From sequence record SRR31156797_381: a DNA stretch of 64,000 nt; one strand, written 5' to 3'. Every line of letters starts with the position of its first letter. Position 1 is the stretch's first letter. The position numbers and the translations under genes are program-made. This document shows, piece by piece, positions 21,246 through 31,397 of this stretch. The notes under the pieces are model-generated. The model was not told where the DNA came from, searched no databases, and saw nothing but the letters and a program-made list of their open reading frames with translations.

Positions 21246-22310
21246 TTATTTGGATGCTTTTATTATTTCATCAAATAGCCTTTTTAATCCAGAGGACATG
21301 TCGGCATCTTTCATCGCTTTTTTATATACTTTTTTATTTTTATTAAGACAGTCAATCTCTTCTATCAATTTCTGCAGTGTCAAGTCTTGCTGCTGAAGTA
21401 CTCTGGCATATCCTTTTTCTTTAAAATACTTGGCATTTAGTATCTGATCTCCCCTGGATGCTTCAAGAGGTAAAGGAATTAAAAGCATTGGTTTGTTGAC
21501 AGCTGCAAACTCAAATATCGAATTAGCACCAGCACGTGATATAATTATATCTGCTGATTTCAATAAATGCGGAAATTCCTTTTTCACATAGCCGAATTGC
21601 TTATACCCTGATATTTTATCTAATTCCGGCTTAATGTTCTTTGCACCCCGCAGGTGAATTATCTGATATTTCTTTGTTAATTCTTCTAAAGCACTATCAA
21701 CACACTCGTTAATAGCTACAGCTCCGGATGAGCCTCCCATTATCATAACAATAGGTTTTTCTTTATTAAAACCGCATAATTCTCTGCCCTTTGCAGGTAT
21801 GCCTTCCATTATGCTTTCTCTTACAGGTGATCCTGTGCATACACCTTTTTCACCAGCTTTATTTGCTGCCTGCTCAAAAGTTGTACACATTGTTGTGCAA
21901 AATGGTAAAGACATCTTATTTGCCAAACCGCTAGTAATATCACTTTCATGAATAACTACAGGAATTTTTAACATACTTGCTGCAACAACAACAGGAACAC
22001 TAACAAAGCCCCCCTTAGAAAAGAGAATATCCGGCTTAATCTTTTTTAATATTTTTCTGGATTGAAATAACCCTTTAATTATTCTAAACTGATCAGTAAA
22101 ATTCTCCAGAGAAAAGTATCTCCGTAATTTACCGCTGGCAATAGCATGATACGTAATATCTGTCTTATCCTTTATAAGCTCTTTTTCTATGCCGTAATAT
22201 GAACCGATATAATCAATCTTGTATCCTGAATCATTAAGCATAGGTATCAATGCAATATGAGGTATTACATGACCAGCTGTCCCTCCTCCGGTCAAAACTA
22301 TTGATTTCAT
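21246..22310 (-). CDS. murG: Undecaprenyl-PP-MurNAc-pentapeptide N-acetylglucosaminyltransferase
   Basis: GGGTAGH, KGGFVS, HESD, GGSSGA, SRAGAN, DQxxNA. Confidence 0.95.
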   Translation of the reverse strand: MKSIVLTGGGTAGHVIPHIALIPMLNDSGYKIDYIGSYYGIEKELIKDKTDITYHAIASGKLRRYFSLENFTDQFRIIKGLFQSRKILKKIKPDILFSKGGFVSVPVVVAASMLKIPVVIHESDITSGLANKMSLPFCTTMCTTFEQAANKAGEKGVCTGSPVRESIMEGIPAKGRELCGFNKEKPIVMIMGGSSGAVAINECVDSALEELTKKYQIIHLRGAKNIKPELDKISGYKQFGYVKKEFPHLLKSADIIISRAGANSIFEFAAVNKPMLLIPLPLEASRGDQILNAKYFKEKGYARVLQQQDLTLQKLIEEIDCLNKNKKVYKKAMKDADMSSGLKRLFDEIIKASK

Positions 22311-22334
22311 TTATACCTCCAATATTACAAAATT

Positions 22335-23012
22335 TTATTTAATTATTGCACGCAGCTCATGTAAATTCTCGCACATCATATCGTATCTGACTTCACCTTT
22401 TACAGTATGCCCATATCTATTAAGGAATATTGCTTTCATACCATATTCCTTTGCAGGATTGACATCATGAGCTATGGAATTACCTACATGTAATATCTGC
22501 TGAGGATACATTTTTAATTTATCCGCTACATACTCATATATTCTATAATTTGGTTTATAAGCTCTGGCATCCTCGGACGTTATAATGTCATCAACACTTA
22601 GTCCCAGATAATCCACAGCGCTTTCAACTATTTCCCTGTCTCCATTACTGACTATTACACAGGGCAATGGGAGCCTTGTAAGAAAAATCCTTGCATCATC
22701 AAATACTCTGGGTCTTAGGCTTTCACTCTTTATCTCCTGATATATTTCATTAGGATCAAGTCGTGATTTGTAATACTCCAGTAGTTTTGTGATTATTACA
22801 ACTTCTAATTCTTCGTAGGATAGGAACTTATCACCATAACAAATCTGATAGAACTCATTGGCTAGATTAAACCAAGATTTGCCTATCTTAGCAGGCGTTG
22901 CTTCATACACTCGGCTGGTGGCATTAATCCTTTTGCAAATATCCACAAGTGATATGTAATTATCTGAAGTCAACGTTCCATATAAGTCGATTGTTATAGC
23001 TTTAATCCTCAT
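22335..23012 (-). CDS. HAD-superfamily hydrolase
   Basis: DLYGTL, SNGD, YKP, HVGNSIAHD. Confidence 0.85.
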   Translation of the reverse strand: MRIKAITIDLYGTLTSDNYISLVDICKRINATSRVYEATPAKIGKSWFNLANEFYQICYGDKFLSYEELEVVIITKLLEYYKSRLDPNEIYQEIKSESLRPRVFDDARIFLTRLPLPCVIVSNGDREIVESAVDYLGLSVDDIITSEDARAYKPNYRIYEYVADKLKMYPQQILHVGNSIAHDVNPAKEYGMKAIFLNRYGHTVKGEVRYDMMCENLHELRAIIK

Positions 23013-23038
23013 CCCTTGCCGTTTCCCCTATTAAATTA

Positions 23039-23830
23039 TTAGAAGAAGATATTAAACACCAATTGATCCAATACAACATATAGTCCTAAAATACCTACAT
23101 ATATACCAAATAACCACAATTTACCCTTCTTAACCAACTTTACCATCCATTTTAATGATAAAATACCGGAAATCATTGCAGCAAGTGTTCCTATTAAAAT
23201 ATTACCTGTAGATATACTTGCAGATTCAGTAATAGTCAGCAAATCCTTTAACTGATAGACTAATGAGCCAAGTATTGCTGGAATGGACATCAGGAATGAA
23301 AACTTTGTTACTGCTTCCCTGTTGCCTTTTGTGAACAATCCGCCGCAAATAGTAGATCCTGCTCTGGATGCACCGGGCATAATAGCTATTGCCTGCATAA
23401 ATCCCATAGCAATTGACTGCTTTGTAGTAATTTTATTGATATCTGTATCCTTGCTTTTTTCTTTTACTACACCTGTGAGGAGTAGAATAACAGCTGTAAA
23501 TATGAATCCGTAGCCTAGGAATTCACCTCCAAAAGCTCTGTCTATAAAATCACCAAAAAGTAATGCTACAATGATTGCTGGAATTGTTGCTATAATTATA
23601 TTTAGTGTTAGTTTTGTAAAGGGTTTTTTTAATATTTCCCAAATATCTTTCCAAAGTACTATAAAAATTGCTGCCAGAGTCCCCAAGTGCAGCAGACTAT
23701 CAAACAACAGTTCACCCTCAGTTATTCCAAAAACATTCTGAAACAATACCAAATGTCCCGAAGAGGAGATCGGCAGAAATTCACCCAACCCCTGCAATAT
23801 CCCCAATATTAACGCCTGCCACCAATTCAT
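23039..23830 (-). CDS. uppP: Undecaprenyl-diphosphate phosphatase
   Basis: QGLGEFLPISSSGHL, PGASRAGST, FSFLMSIP. Confidence 0.95.
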   Translation of the reverse strand: MNWWQALILGILQGLGEFLPISSSGHLVLFQNVFGITEGELLFDSLLHLGTLAAIFIVLWKDIWEILKKPFTKLTLNIIIATIPAIIVALLFGDFIDRAFGGEFLGYGFIFTAVILLLTGVVKEKSKDTDINKITTKQSIAMGFMQAIAIMPGASRAGSTICGGLFTKGNREAVTKFSFLMSIPAILGSLVYQLKDLLTITESASISTGNILIGTLAAMISGILSLKWMVKLVKKGKLWLFGIYVGILGLYVVLDQLVFNIFF

Positions 23831-23912
23831 ATACTACCTCACTGTAAATTTTATAAATATCTGACCTATATATTAATTATATAGTTTGTCTTAGTTATTA
23901 TATGATTTTTTA

Positions 23913-25286
23913 CTACTGCTGATGCTTACTGTCAATATCAGCAAACCGGACAATATCCCCAAGCCAAGTCAGCTTAATAGTTCCAGTAGGACCAGATCTG
24001 TGTTTAGCTATTATAATTTCAGCTTCATTTGTCGCCTTATCCAAGTCAACTTCTTCTTCCCTATTTTTATAATAATCATCTCTGTATATGAACATTACAA
24101 CGTCAGCATCCTGCTCAATAGAGCCTGATTCACGCAAGTCAGACAAAAGAGGTCTGTGGTTCTGTCTCTGCTCAGGTCCACGAGACAGCTGTGCAGCAAC
24201 AAGTACAGGAATGTTTAAATCCATTGACATAATTTTCAGCATTCTAGTCATTTCTGAAACTTCCTGTTGTCTGCTCTCTTTTCTGCCGTATGATGATATT
24301 AACTGAAGATAGTCAATGATTACCATGTCTAGTCCCAGTTCTGCCTTTAACCTTCGGCATTTAGAAAGCATTTCAGGAATTGTTATACCTGTAGAATCAT
24401 CTATTAATATATTGCATTGTCCCAAGTCTTCACCAGCATTACTTAAGTTGTCCCAGTCTCTTTCAGATAACTGTCCAGTTTTTATATTCTTTAAAGGCAG
24501 CCTGCCTGCACTAGACATCAGACGCTCTGTTAATTGGTCATATGGCATTTCCAAAGTAAATATTGCTACTTTAGCATTATCCAAAAATGCAGCATTATGT
24601 GCAATATTCAATGCTAAAGCTGATTTACCCATACCAGGACGAGCAGCTACTAGTATTAACTCACCATTGTGGAGCCCTGTTAACAGCATATCCAGCTCAT
24701 TAAACCCTGTTCTCAGTCCTGTAATCGCATCTGGATTGGCATATCTTCGCTCTACATTATCGATTACTACATTTGCCGCCTCTTTGATATGAATGAATTT
24801 CTTCTTATCATTTGCTTGTGAAAGTCCAAAAATCAGCTTCTCGGCATGGGCTATTATCTCGAATGTATCTCTGTTATCATCATAACATGTATCAGTTATC
24901 TCACCTGCAATACCAATTAACTGTCTTAGCAAAGAATGATTCTTCACAATATGTGCATACTGCTCAATGTTTGAAATTACTGGAACAAAGCCAGATAATT
25001 CTGCAAGATACGAATATCCTCCTACATTCTCTAATAATCCCTGTTTATCCAGCTTATCAGAAACAGTAACCATATCCACATTTTTACCAGCGGTATTAAT
25101 TACAACCATTGCGTCGAAAATCTTCTGATGAGCCAGCATATAAAAATCTTCATCACGAATATTCTCTGTAGCTGTATTTACTGCTGATTTAGACAGCAGC
25201 ATTGCTCCCAGAACACTTTTCTCTGCCTTTATATCATGAGGCGGTATTCTTACTTGTGTGTTATTTGAAATATTATTTTCACTCAT
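23913..25286 (-). CDS. dnaB: Replicative DNA helicase
   Basis: AARPGMGKS, IDYLQL, SDLRESGSIEQDAD. Confidence 0.97.
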   Translation of the reverse strand: MSENNISNNTQVRIPPHDIKAEKSVLGAMLLSKSAVNTATENIRDEDFYMLAHQKIFDAMVVINTAGKNVDMVTVSDKLDKQGLLENVGGYSYLAELSGFVPVISNIEQYAHIVKNHSLLRQLIGIAGEITDTCYDDNRDTFEIIAHAEKLIFGLSQANDKKKFIHIKEAANVVIDNVERRYANPDAITGLRTGFNELDMLLTGLHNGELILVAARPGMGKSALALNIAHNAAFLDNAKVAIFTLEMPYDQLTERLMSSAGRLPLKNIKTGQLSERDWDNLSNAGEDLGQCNILIDDSTGITIPEMLSKCRRLKAELGLDMVIIDYLQLISSYGRKESRQQEVSEMTRMLKIMSMDLNIPVLVAAQLSRGPEQRQNHRPLLSDLRESGSIEQDADVVMFIYRDDYYKNREEEVDLDKATNEAEIIIAKHRSGPTGTIKLTWLGDIVRFADIDSKHQQ

Positions 25287-25323
25287 ATATAGTCCACACT
25301 TCCCTTAGAAATCTCTGTTTAGC

Positions 25324-26472
25324 CTAATCCAATTTCAATGAGGAGAACTCACCAAACATAGGTACATCCTTAATTGGCTGAGTCAAGGTAAAACTGCCGT
25401 TCTTAATATTATCCTTCAAAATACCTGCAATCTCACGAGCCATATGTAATGATGACATAGGGGCTGTCGGAACCATTTTCCCATTTAATTCAACTTTTCC
25501 GCTTCTTAGCTCCTGATAGGATACTCTTCCTAGATTTGGCATCTTTAATGCACCTGTTGAATAATCTATAAAGCTTGTATATAGTTCAGCATTGGTTCTT
25601 ACCAGATTCCTAAATAAATCCTCATCAAGTACTGGTATTGGTACACCGATACCAATATATATTGAAACTCCATAATTCTTTAGAACCGCAGCACGTATAT
25701 ACCTAGGACTCATCTGCTTCAAATCACCAATTACTGCTATAGTGCCGCCGGAAAAGTCTATGCCCTCCTCATATTCTGTAACATTTTTCTCGGATTGCGT
25801 TCCCTGCCATGTGACATATCCTGTTGCACCGCCTAGGAAAATCCTTGTTCCTAAGCCGATTGTCCTCATTTCAGGGTCTTTTAACAACGGAGAAAGCTCT
25901 CCTGATGTAGAGTATGTAACATTTTTGTTATTTGGCAGAAGTGTGCCCATATATGTATACATTGTCTTGTCACTACAGTTGGTTGCAGCGTTATAATTCT
26001 GGTATGCATTTCTTGGGTTATACATATACGCCTGATTTAAATCTGAGAGAGATACCTGTGCTATTGCTTCTCTTCTGGGATATGCTGCAGTTCCATAACT
26101 TTTTGCTTGTAGTGTAACCTTCTCACCTTTTAACAAATCCTCAATTACATGTGCACCGCCATAGGTCATCATTCTATCCGTTGATCCTTGTGTTGCACCA
26201 ATATATGTATCCACAGCGGCAAGCCCCCCTGAGCAGGGTACATTGTTCAGAGTAATATCAACCATTCTTATTCTCTTGTCAGTATGACCAAAGTTAAGAA
26301 AAGCACCCGAAGAACACATCATGCCAAAAGTTGCACAAGTTACTACATCGATATTTTCATATGCTTTGCTAAACCCCTGCTCCTGACACATCGCTATAGC
26401 TTCCTCAGCCGTAAATACCGCAACGTCGCCAGACTTAATCTTGTCATTGATTTGTTCATAAGTTCTAATCAT
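25324..26472 (-). CDS. DUF39 homocysteine biosynthesis protein (aspartate-semialdehyde sulfurtransferase-like, no CBS pair)
   Basis: DVVTCATFGMMCSSGA, GLAAVD, YGGAHVIEDL, NPRNAYQNY, GELSPLLKDP. Confidence 0.88.
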   Translation of the reverse strand: MIRTYEQINDKIKSGDVAVFTAEEAIAMCQEQGFSKAYENIDVVTCATFGMMCSSGAFLNFGHTDKRIRMVDITLNNVPCSGGLAAVDTYIGATQGSTDRMMTYGGAHVIEDLLKGEKVTLQAKSYGTAAYPRREAIAQVSLSDLNQAYMYNPRNAYQNYNAATNCSDKTMYTYMGTLLPNNKNVTYSTSGELSPLLKDPEMRTIGLGTRIFLGGATGYVTWQGTQSEKNVTEYEEGIDFSGGTIAVIGDLKQMSPRYIRAAVLKNYGVSIYIGIGVPIPVLDEDLFRNLVRTNAELYTSFIDYSTGALKMPNLGRVSYQELRSGKVELNGKMVPTAPMSSLHMAREIAGILKDNIKNGSFTLTQPIKDVPMFGEFSSLKLD

Positions 26473-26604
26473 TCCATTACTCCTTTATCTAATTATATCT
26501 TTAATCAATATAAGCAATTACAATTAGACTATTATACCATATTTATTTATTTTGTGCTTCTGATTTTTATGTGTAATTGATAATCTTCCTTAATTACTAT
26601 TGAT

Positions 26605-26967
26605 TCATTTTAGAGGACAAGTTACCTCTATTTCATTCCCTTCACTATCTGCAAATTCCAGAACCTTATTTTTGCCTATAACTGTTAAGGGAAAAACGAT
26701 ATTACAGCCTAATTCTTCTAGCTTATTTAACACCAAATCAATATCATTTACTTCTAAACTTGGTATGCAGTTATTCCCCCATCTTTTTAATTCATTCTTT
26801 TCTTCATTAGCAAATAAACCATATCTAAAACCATTAATGTCAAATACCGAGTAAACATTATCCTTTTCAGTGACTTTTTGGTCTAACAGGCACTCGTAAA
26901 AATCAATTGCCCTTTCCATATCTTTTACGCATACATATAATGATTTTAGATTAAATGTTAAATCCAT
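26605..26967 (-). CDS. VOC/glyoxalase family protein
   Basis: VKDMERAIDFY...EFADSEGNEIE. Confidence 0.85.
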   Translation of the reverse strand: MDLTFNLKSLYVCVKDMERAIDFYECLLDQKVTEKDNVYSVFDINGFRYGLFANEEKNELKRWGNNCIPSLEVNDIDLVLNKLEELGCNIVFPLTVIGKNKVLEFADSEGNEIEVTCPLK

Positions 26968-27101
26968 TTCTATCTCCCTTAATCAACTTCTATACAATCA
27001 TATTAACAAATTATTACAAATTAACAATATTATTTATCAAAGATTTATATAAAAGCAGAGCAAATATTTATGCTCTGCGAAACTTTCTATAGTATATTTA
27101 C

Positions 27102-27701
27102 CTATACATATTCCTTTACACTATTCTCCGCTTCAACATCTTCTGTTATATCCAGCATAAGAAATGCCTCCAGAAACTCAGTGTAGAGCACAAACCACTG
27201 CTTTAGTACTTCTGTGTCCTTTATTATTCCTGTCTGAATTCTTGTCAATAAACTTTCGCTATACATTCGATTGCTATTATACTTCATCTTTTTAGGTATT
27301 CTAATATTCAGCCTTTTTGTACTCAATAAGATACTCTTAATATTTCCTTTTGCTAAAATCTCATCAATCATATAATCATCACTGGCCCTTACAACAATAT
27401 GGTCGTTTAACTCTGTATCTTTTAGCTCCACATTACTTACTCCAAAGAACTTCCCAATCTTGAATAAAAAATTCTTGTTGCGAATACTGAAAGTAATCTC
27501 CGGCTTATTAAGAAACATTGTCTGCATTCTGGTATAGGTAACAGTGGAATTACCAGTATTCACAGTATAGATATCCAGAACTATTTTAAAGCTCTTATAA
27601 TTTAGTAATACTTTGCATCTCTTAAAGCCCTTTTTGGGTATAAACTCCCCTCCTATTTCCTGTGCCAGACTATTCCATGCATCTTTTTGCTTTACTCTCA
27701 T
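27102..27701 (-). CDS. Hypothetical protein
   Basis: 199-aa ORF with GAGGT RBS; no confident motif. Confidence 0.6.
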   Translation of the reverse strand: MRVKQKDAWNSLAQEIGGEFIPKKGFKRCKVLLNYKSFKIVLDIYTVNTGNSTVTYTRMQTMFLNKPEITFSIRNKNFLFKIGKFFGVSNVELKDTELNDHIVVRASDDYMIDEILAKGNIKSILLSTKRLNIRIPKKMKYNSNRMYSESLLTRIQTGIIKDTEVLKQWFVLYTEFLEAFLMLDITEDVEAENSVKEYV

Positions 27702-27914
27702 AATATCTACCTCACAAAGTGCTCTACTCTAGACTTATACGCATTTTATCATAATCATTGTGCAATCTGCAATTGCAATATAACATAATACTAAACTAAC
27801 AAATTATATAATACTATATATAATGACACATATTATACTTCTAGCTACTTACAAACATCATATTTAAATATAATCTTACAAAATATGAACAGTCGAAATG
27901 CTTCTATCCTTGAA

Positions 27915-28703
27915 CTAATTATTAATCATTTTATTTATTATCTTAATTTGATAAATAATGTTTTTGCTTATTTGTTCTTCGGTTTCACCGTCAATACCAT
28001 TGTATTCAAGTGTAATTATTTGGGGCTTACATATGGACAGTGCAAATTCCAGAAGCTCATAATCCTCACCGTCCATTGCTTTATGGGTATCCATTGGGTA
28101 TCCATCTTCATCAAATGAAGAACCATTTATATGTATTTCTTTGACTCTGTTAATTGGTAAGCTTTTAATATACTCATGAATATCAATATTATGATACATA
28201 GCTGTTATTTTTGCATGAGTTAGATCAAGCAGGAAACCAGTATCAGTTTATTCAGTTATAGTTATATAGTCCTCAGTTTTATAAAATGGATAATGATCAA
28301 AAACAGTCCTGTCTACGGGGCAATCAGGAGGATTTTCTAAAATCAATGGAACATCAAAGCTGCTCTTCATGATATTTATATTAGAAATCATCCTTGATAT
28401 AATCTCGTCCATAGTAGTAGTCGGTGTTACGCTTGAATTATTAATCGATGCATGAATGCCTATATGAGGTGACTGGTATTTCTTTAGCATAGCATTTACA
28501 CTTGAGAAATCTATAATATTAACATCGTCCATACCTATACATTCATTTAGTCCTAATCCATGTAAAAGCACAGGATACTTTTTATGTGTGGAAGCATTCA
28601 ATTCTTCTAAGTTCCAGCTGCCTGCTTTTATATAATCAATTTCCACAATTTCATCTTCTAAGAGTTTACTTAGCTGCCTAGACCAGTTGCATCCAATTTT
28701 CAT
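27915..28703 (-). pseudogene. DUF692/MNIO (multinuclear non-heme iron oxidase) family gene interrupted by an in-frame TAA
   Basis: The two ORFs share a frame; read-through gives LLHG...LILEN...ITE*TDTGFLLDLTHAK...KEIHING...DTH...TLEY; stop at 28248-28250. Confidence 0.8.
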
Positions 28704-28899
28704 ATAATTACTCCAAATCAACATTTATCCTTTATATATACATATCATACTGTTCTCAATTTCTTCTACTGTAATGCCATTTACTAAAAGAAAATCGACA
28801 AATAATCCAAATCAGCCTTTTAATACAAGCACATCTATTATCCCACCTCATAGCACATGTGCTTATTCGATACACCCTTTATCATATTTTACCATTTAA

Positions 28900-28937
28900 A
28901 AAGCCATACTGAAACAAATTATTTCAATATGGCTTTA
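28900..28937 (-). terminator. Terminator after marR-CoADR-DsrE operon
   Basis: AAAGCCATA...TATGGCTTT inverted repeat. Confidence 0.7.
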
Positions 28938-28962
28938 ACAAATTATATTACTTATTTATGCA

Positions 28963-29721
28963 TTAAATAAACAAAGTATTCTGGGATTCCTGAGCTTCTC
29001 CAATGTACGTTGCAACACCGCCGTATGAGATACCATCAATTAATTCTTCCTGAGTAATTCCCATAACATCCATACTCATAGTACATGCTACCAAGTCTAC
29101 TCCATTTTCCTTAGCTTGTTGTACCAGGGATTCCAAGCTGTCTACATTCTTTTTCTTCATGGTATACTTCATCATCTTCGTACCCATACCCATCATGTTT
29201 AACTTTGAGATTTTTAGTTTCTTTAGTCCTCTTGGCATCATAGCCCCAAACATTCTATCAAGGAAACTCTTTTTTACATTAGCATTTGAGTCTTTTCTAA
29301 GTGCGTTTAATCCCCAGAACGTAAAGAACATTGTTACTTTGTGACCCAAAGCTACTGCACCGTTAGCAATAATCATTGATGCCATTACCTTATCCATATC
29401 GCCTGAAAAAACAACCATTGTTGTAGCTCTGTGAGCCTGTTTCTCATTGTCAACTGCAATTATTCCCCTGCCTTTGCTAATGACAGCTTTAACAGAACCG
29501 CCTGCTGAATCTAAGTCAAGCAACTGATTACCGGTCTTTTCACACCAGTTCTCCACATCTCTTGCAAAGCCTGGGTCAGTAGAGACTACCTTTACTGCTT
29601 CACCTTTATTCATATCATCCAATACCTTTTTTGTTTTAAGGATTGGACCTGGGCACTGCATACCTGAGCAGTCAACAGTCTTTATGTTTTCGTTTATTTT
29701 CGTAAAGCTTACAGGTTTAGT
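28963..29721 (-). CDS. TusA/SirA + DsrE/DrsH sulfur-carrier module (C-terminal part of a frameshifted fusion)
   Basis: Frame open upstream of ATG 29661: KTVDCSGMQCPGPI (TusA motif); MFFTFWGL and ACTMSMDVMG (DsrE2/DrsH). Confidence 0.85.
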   Translation of the reverse strand, partial: TKPVSFTKINENIKTVDCSGMQCPGPILKTKKVLDDMNKGEAVKVVSTDPGFARDVENWCEKTGNQLLDLDSAGGSVKAVISKGRGIIAVDNEKQAHRATTMVVFSGDMDKVMASMIIANGAVALGHKVTMFFTFWGLNALRKDSNANVKKSFLDRMFGAMMPRGLKKLKISKLNMMGMGTKMMKYTMKKKNVDSLESLVQQAKENGVDLVACTMSMDVMGITQEELIDGISYGGVATYIGEAQESQNTLFI

Positions 29722-31397
29722 TTTTTTTTCTCAGATTTTGTGAAGCTTGCCTTTGCCATCTTGTACAATCCATAACCGCCTGTTAAGTTATACAGATTCG
29801 TGTAGCCCAAGTTGTGTAGAATCCGAATGCCTACGTACGCCCTGTGACCTACCTGACAGGTTACATACAGCGGAGCTTCCTTATCCTTTGGCAGTTTATC
29901 AGTATTAGTTCTGATTGTATCCAATTCCAGCGGATGTGAACCTTTAATATGACCAAGTTCATATTCATTTGGAGTACGTACATCCAATAAATATCCGCCA
30001 TTAGAAATTATATCGTCAATCTCATGATACTGAACTGTTTTGTAAACACCGTCAAATACATTTTCAGCAATATATCCTAAAATATTTACTGGATCTTTTG
30101 CAGAGTTAAACGGCGGAGCATAGCATACTTCAATGCTTGATAAATCATTTACAGTTGCACCAAATTTCATAGCTGTTGAGATGATGTCAATTCTCTTGTC
30201 AACACCTTCTCCACCAACGCCTTGTGCTCCATATATGGCACCAGTTTTCTTATCAAACACAAGTTTCAGAACAATTGGCTTTGCTCCGGGATAATATCCA
30301 GCGTGACTTCCTCTGGTAGCATAGATCACATCATAGTCTAGACCTTTTTCCTTAGCACTCTTCTCAGTAATACCAACACTTGCCATAGTCTTGCTGAATA
30401 CTTTAATCACACTTGCACCATTTATAGCATCTTTTTTGATAGTTTTATTATGAATGCTGTCTGCCACCTGCCTAGCCTGTCTGTTTGCTCCCCATGCTAA
30501 AGGCACCATTACATTTTCGCCGAACTGGTTCTTCTGCATTATTGCATCACCAACAGCGTAAATATCTTTATCGCTGGTTTTTAGCTCTTCGTCAACTAAT
30601 ATTGCCTTTGTCTTTTCATCTACATCCAGATTAGCGTCTACTGCAAGATTTGATGCTGGTCTAATACCAACTGACATGATAATCATATCTGTATCAATCT
30701 CTTTACCTGACTTAGTGAATACTTTCTTACCATCTGGTGATATCTTAGACACCAATTCACCCAACAGCAAGTCAATACCATTAGTAGTCAGCTCATTATG
30801 CAAATATTGTGCCATCTCGTAATCAGCAGGACCAGCCATTATCTGCTCCATAAAATCAATTAATGTAACTTCGATGCCTCTATCACGCAGGTTTTCGGCT
30901 GTCTCCACGCCAATAAATCCAGCTCCAACAACGACTGCTTTCTTAACATCATTATCTGAAATGTAATTGTAGACCTTATCTGTATCTGGTACTGTCTTTA
31001 GCACAAATACATTATCTGCTTCTTTTATATTTTCAATAGGAGGAATAATTGCACTGGCACCTGGTGAAAGTATCAGCTTATCATACTTTTCAGTATACTC
31101 CTTGCCTGTTTCATAGCTTTTTACAGTAATCTGTTTATTATCTCTATCAATTGACATTACTTCGGAATTCACTCTGATATCCAGGTTGAATCTCTTTCCC
31201 ATTCCCTCAACTGTCTGTACCAACAAATCATCTCTATCTTTTATAACACCGCCGATATAATACGGCAAACCGCAGTTTGCATATGAGATATAAGGTGTTT
31301 TTTCAAACATTATTATCTCATCTGTTTCGCTTAATCTCCTCAGTCTTGCTGCTGCTCCAGCACCGCCAGCAACACCACCTACAATTAAAATTTTCAT
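29709..31397 (-). CDS. CoA-disulfide reductase-like flavoprotein with rhodanese domain (Npsr-like)
   Basis: GGVAGG, SYANCGLPY, GAGFIG, YAPPF, DVRTPNEY, CQVGHRAY. Confidence 0.92.
   Translation of the reverse strand: MKILIVGGVAGGAGAAARLRRLSETDEIIMFEKTPYISYANCGLPYYIGGVIKDRDDLLVQTVEGMGKRFNLDIRVNSEVMSIDRDNKQITVKSYETGKEYTEKYDKLILSPGASAIIPPIENIKEADNVFVLKTVPDTDKVYNYISDNDVKKAVVVGAGFIGVETAENLRDRGIEVTLIDFMEQIMAGPADYEMAQYLHNELTTNGIDLLLGELVSKISPDGKKVFTKSGKEIDTDMIIMSVGIRPASNLAVDANLDVDEKTKAILVDEELKTSDKDIYAVGDAIMQKNQFGENVMVPLAWGANRQARQVADSIHNKTIKKDAINGASVIKVFSKTMASVGITEKSAKEKGLDYDVIYATRGSHAGYYPGAKPIVLKLVFDKKTGAIYGAQGVGGEGVDKRIDIISTAMKFGATVNDLSSIEVCYAPPFNSAKDPVNILGYIAENVFDGVYKTVQYHEIDDIISNGGYLLDVRTPNEYELGHIKGSHPLELDTIRTNTDKLPKDKEAPLYVTCQVGHRAYVGIRILHNLGYTNLYNLTGGYGLYKMAKASFTKSEKKKLNL

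Noticed and set aside
26473-26604. SAM riboswitch or T-box upstream of DUF39
   Set aside because: No S-box or T-box conserved sequence or terminator visible
28248-28250. Selenocysteine or pyrrolysine recoding in the DUF692 gene
   Set aside because: The stop is TAA, not TGA or TAG, and TAA terminates many intact genes here
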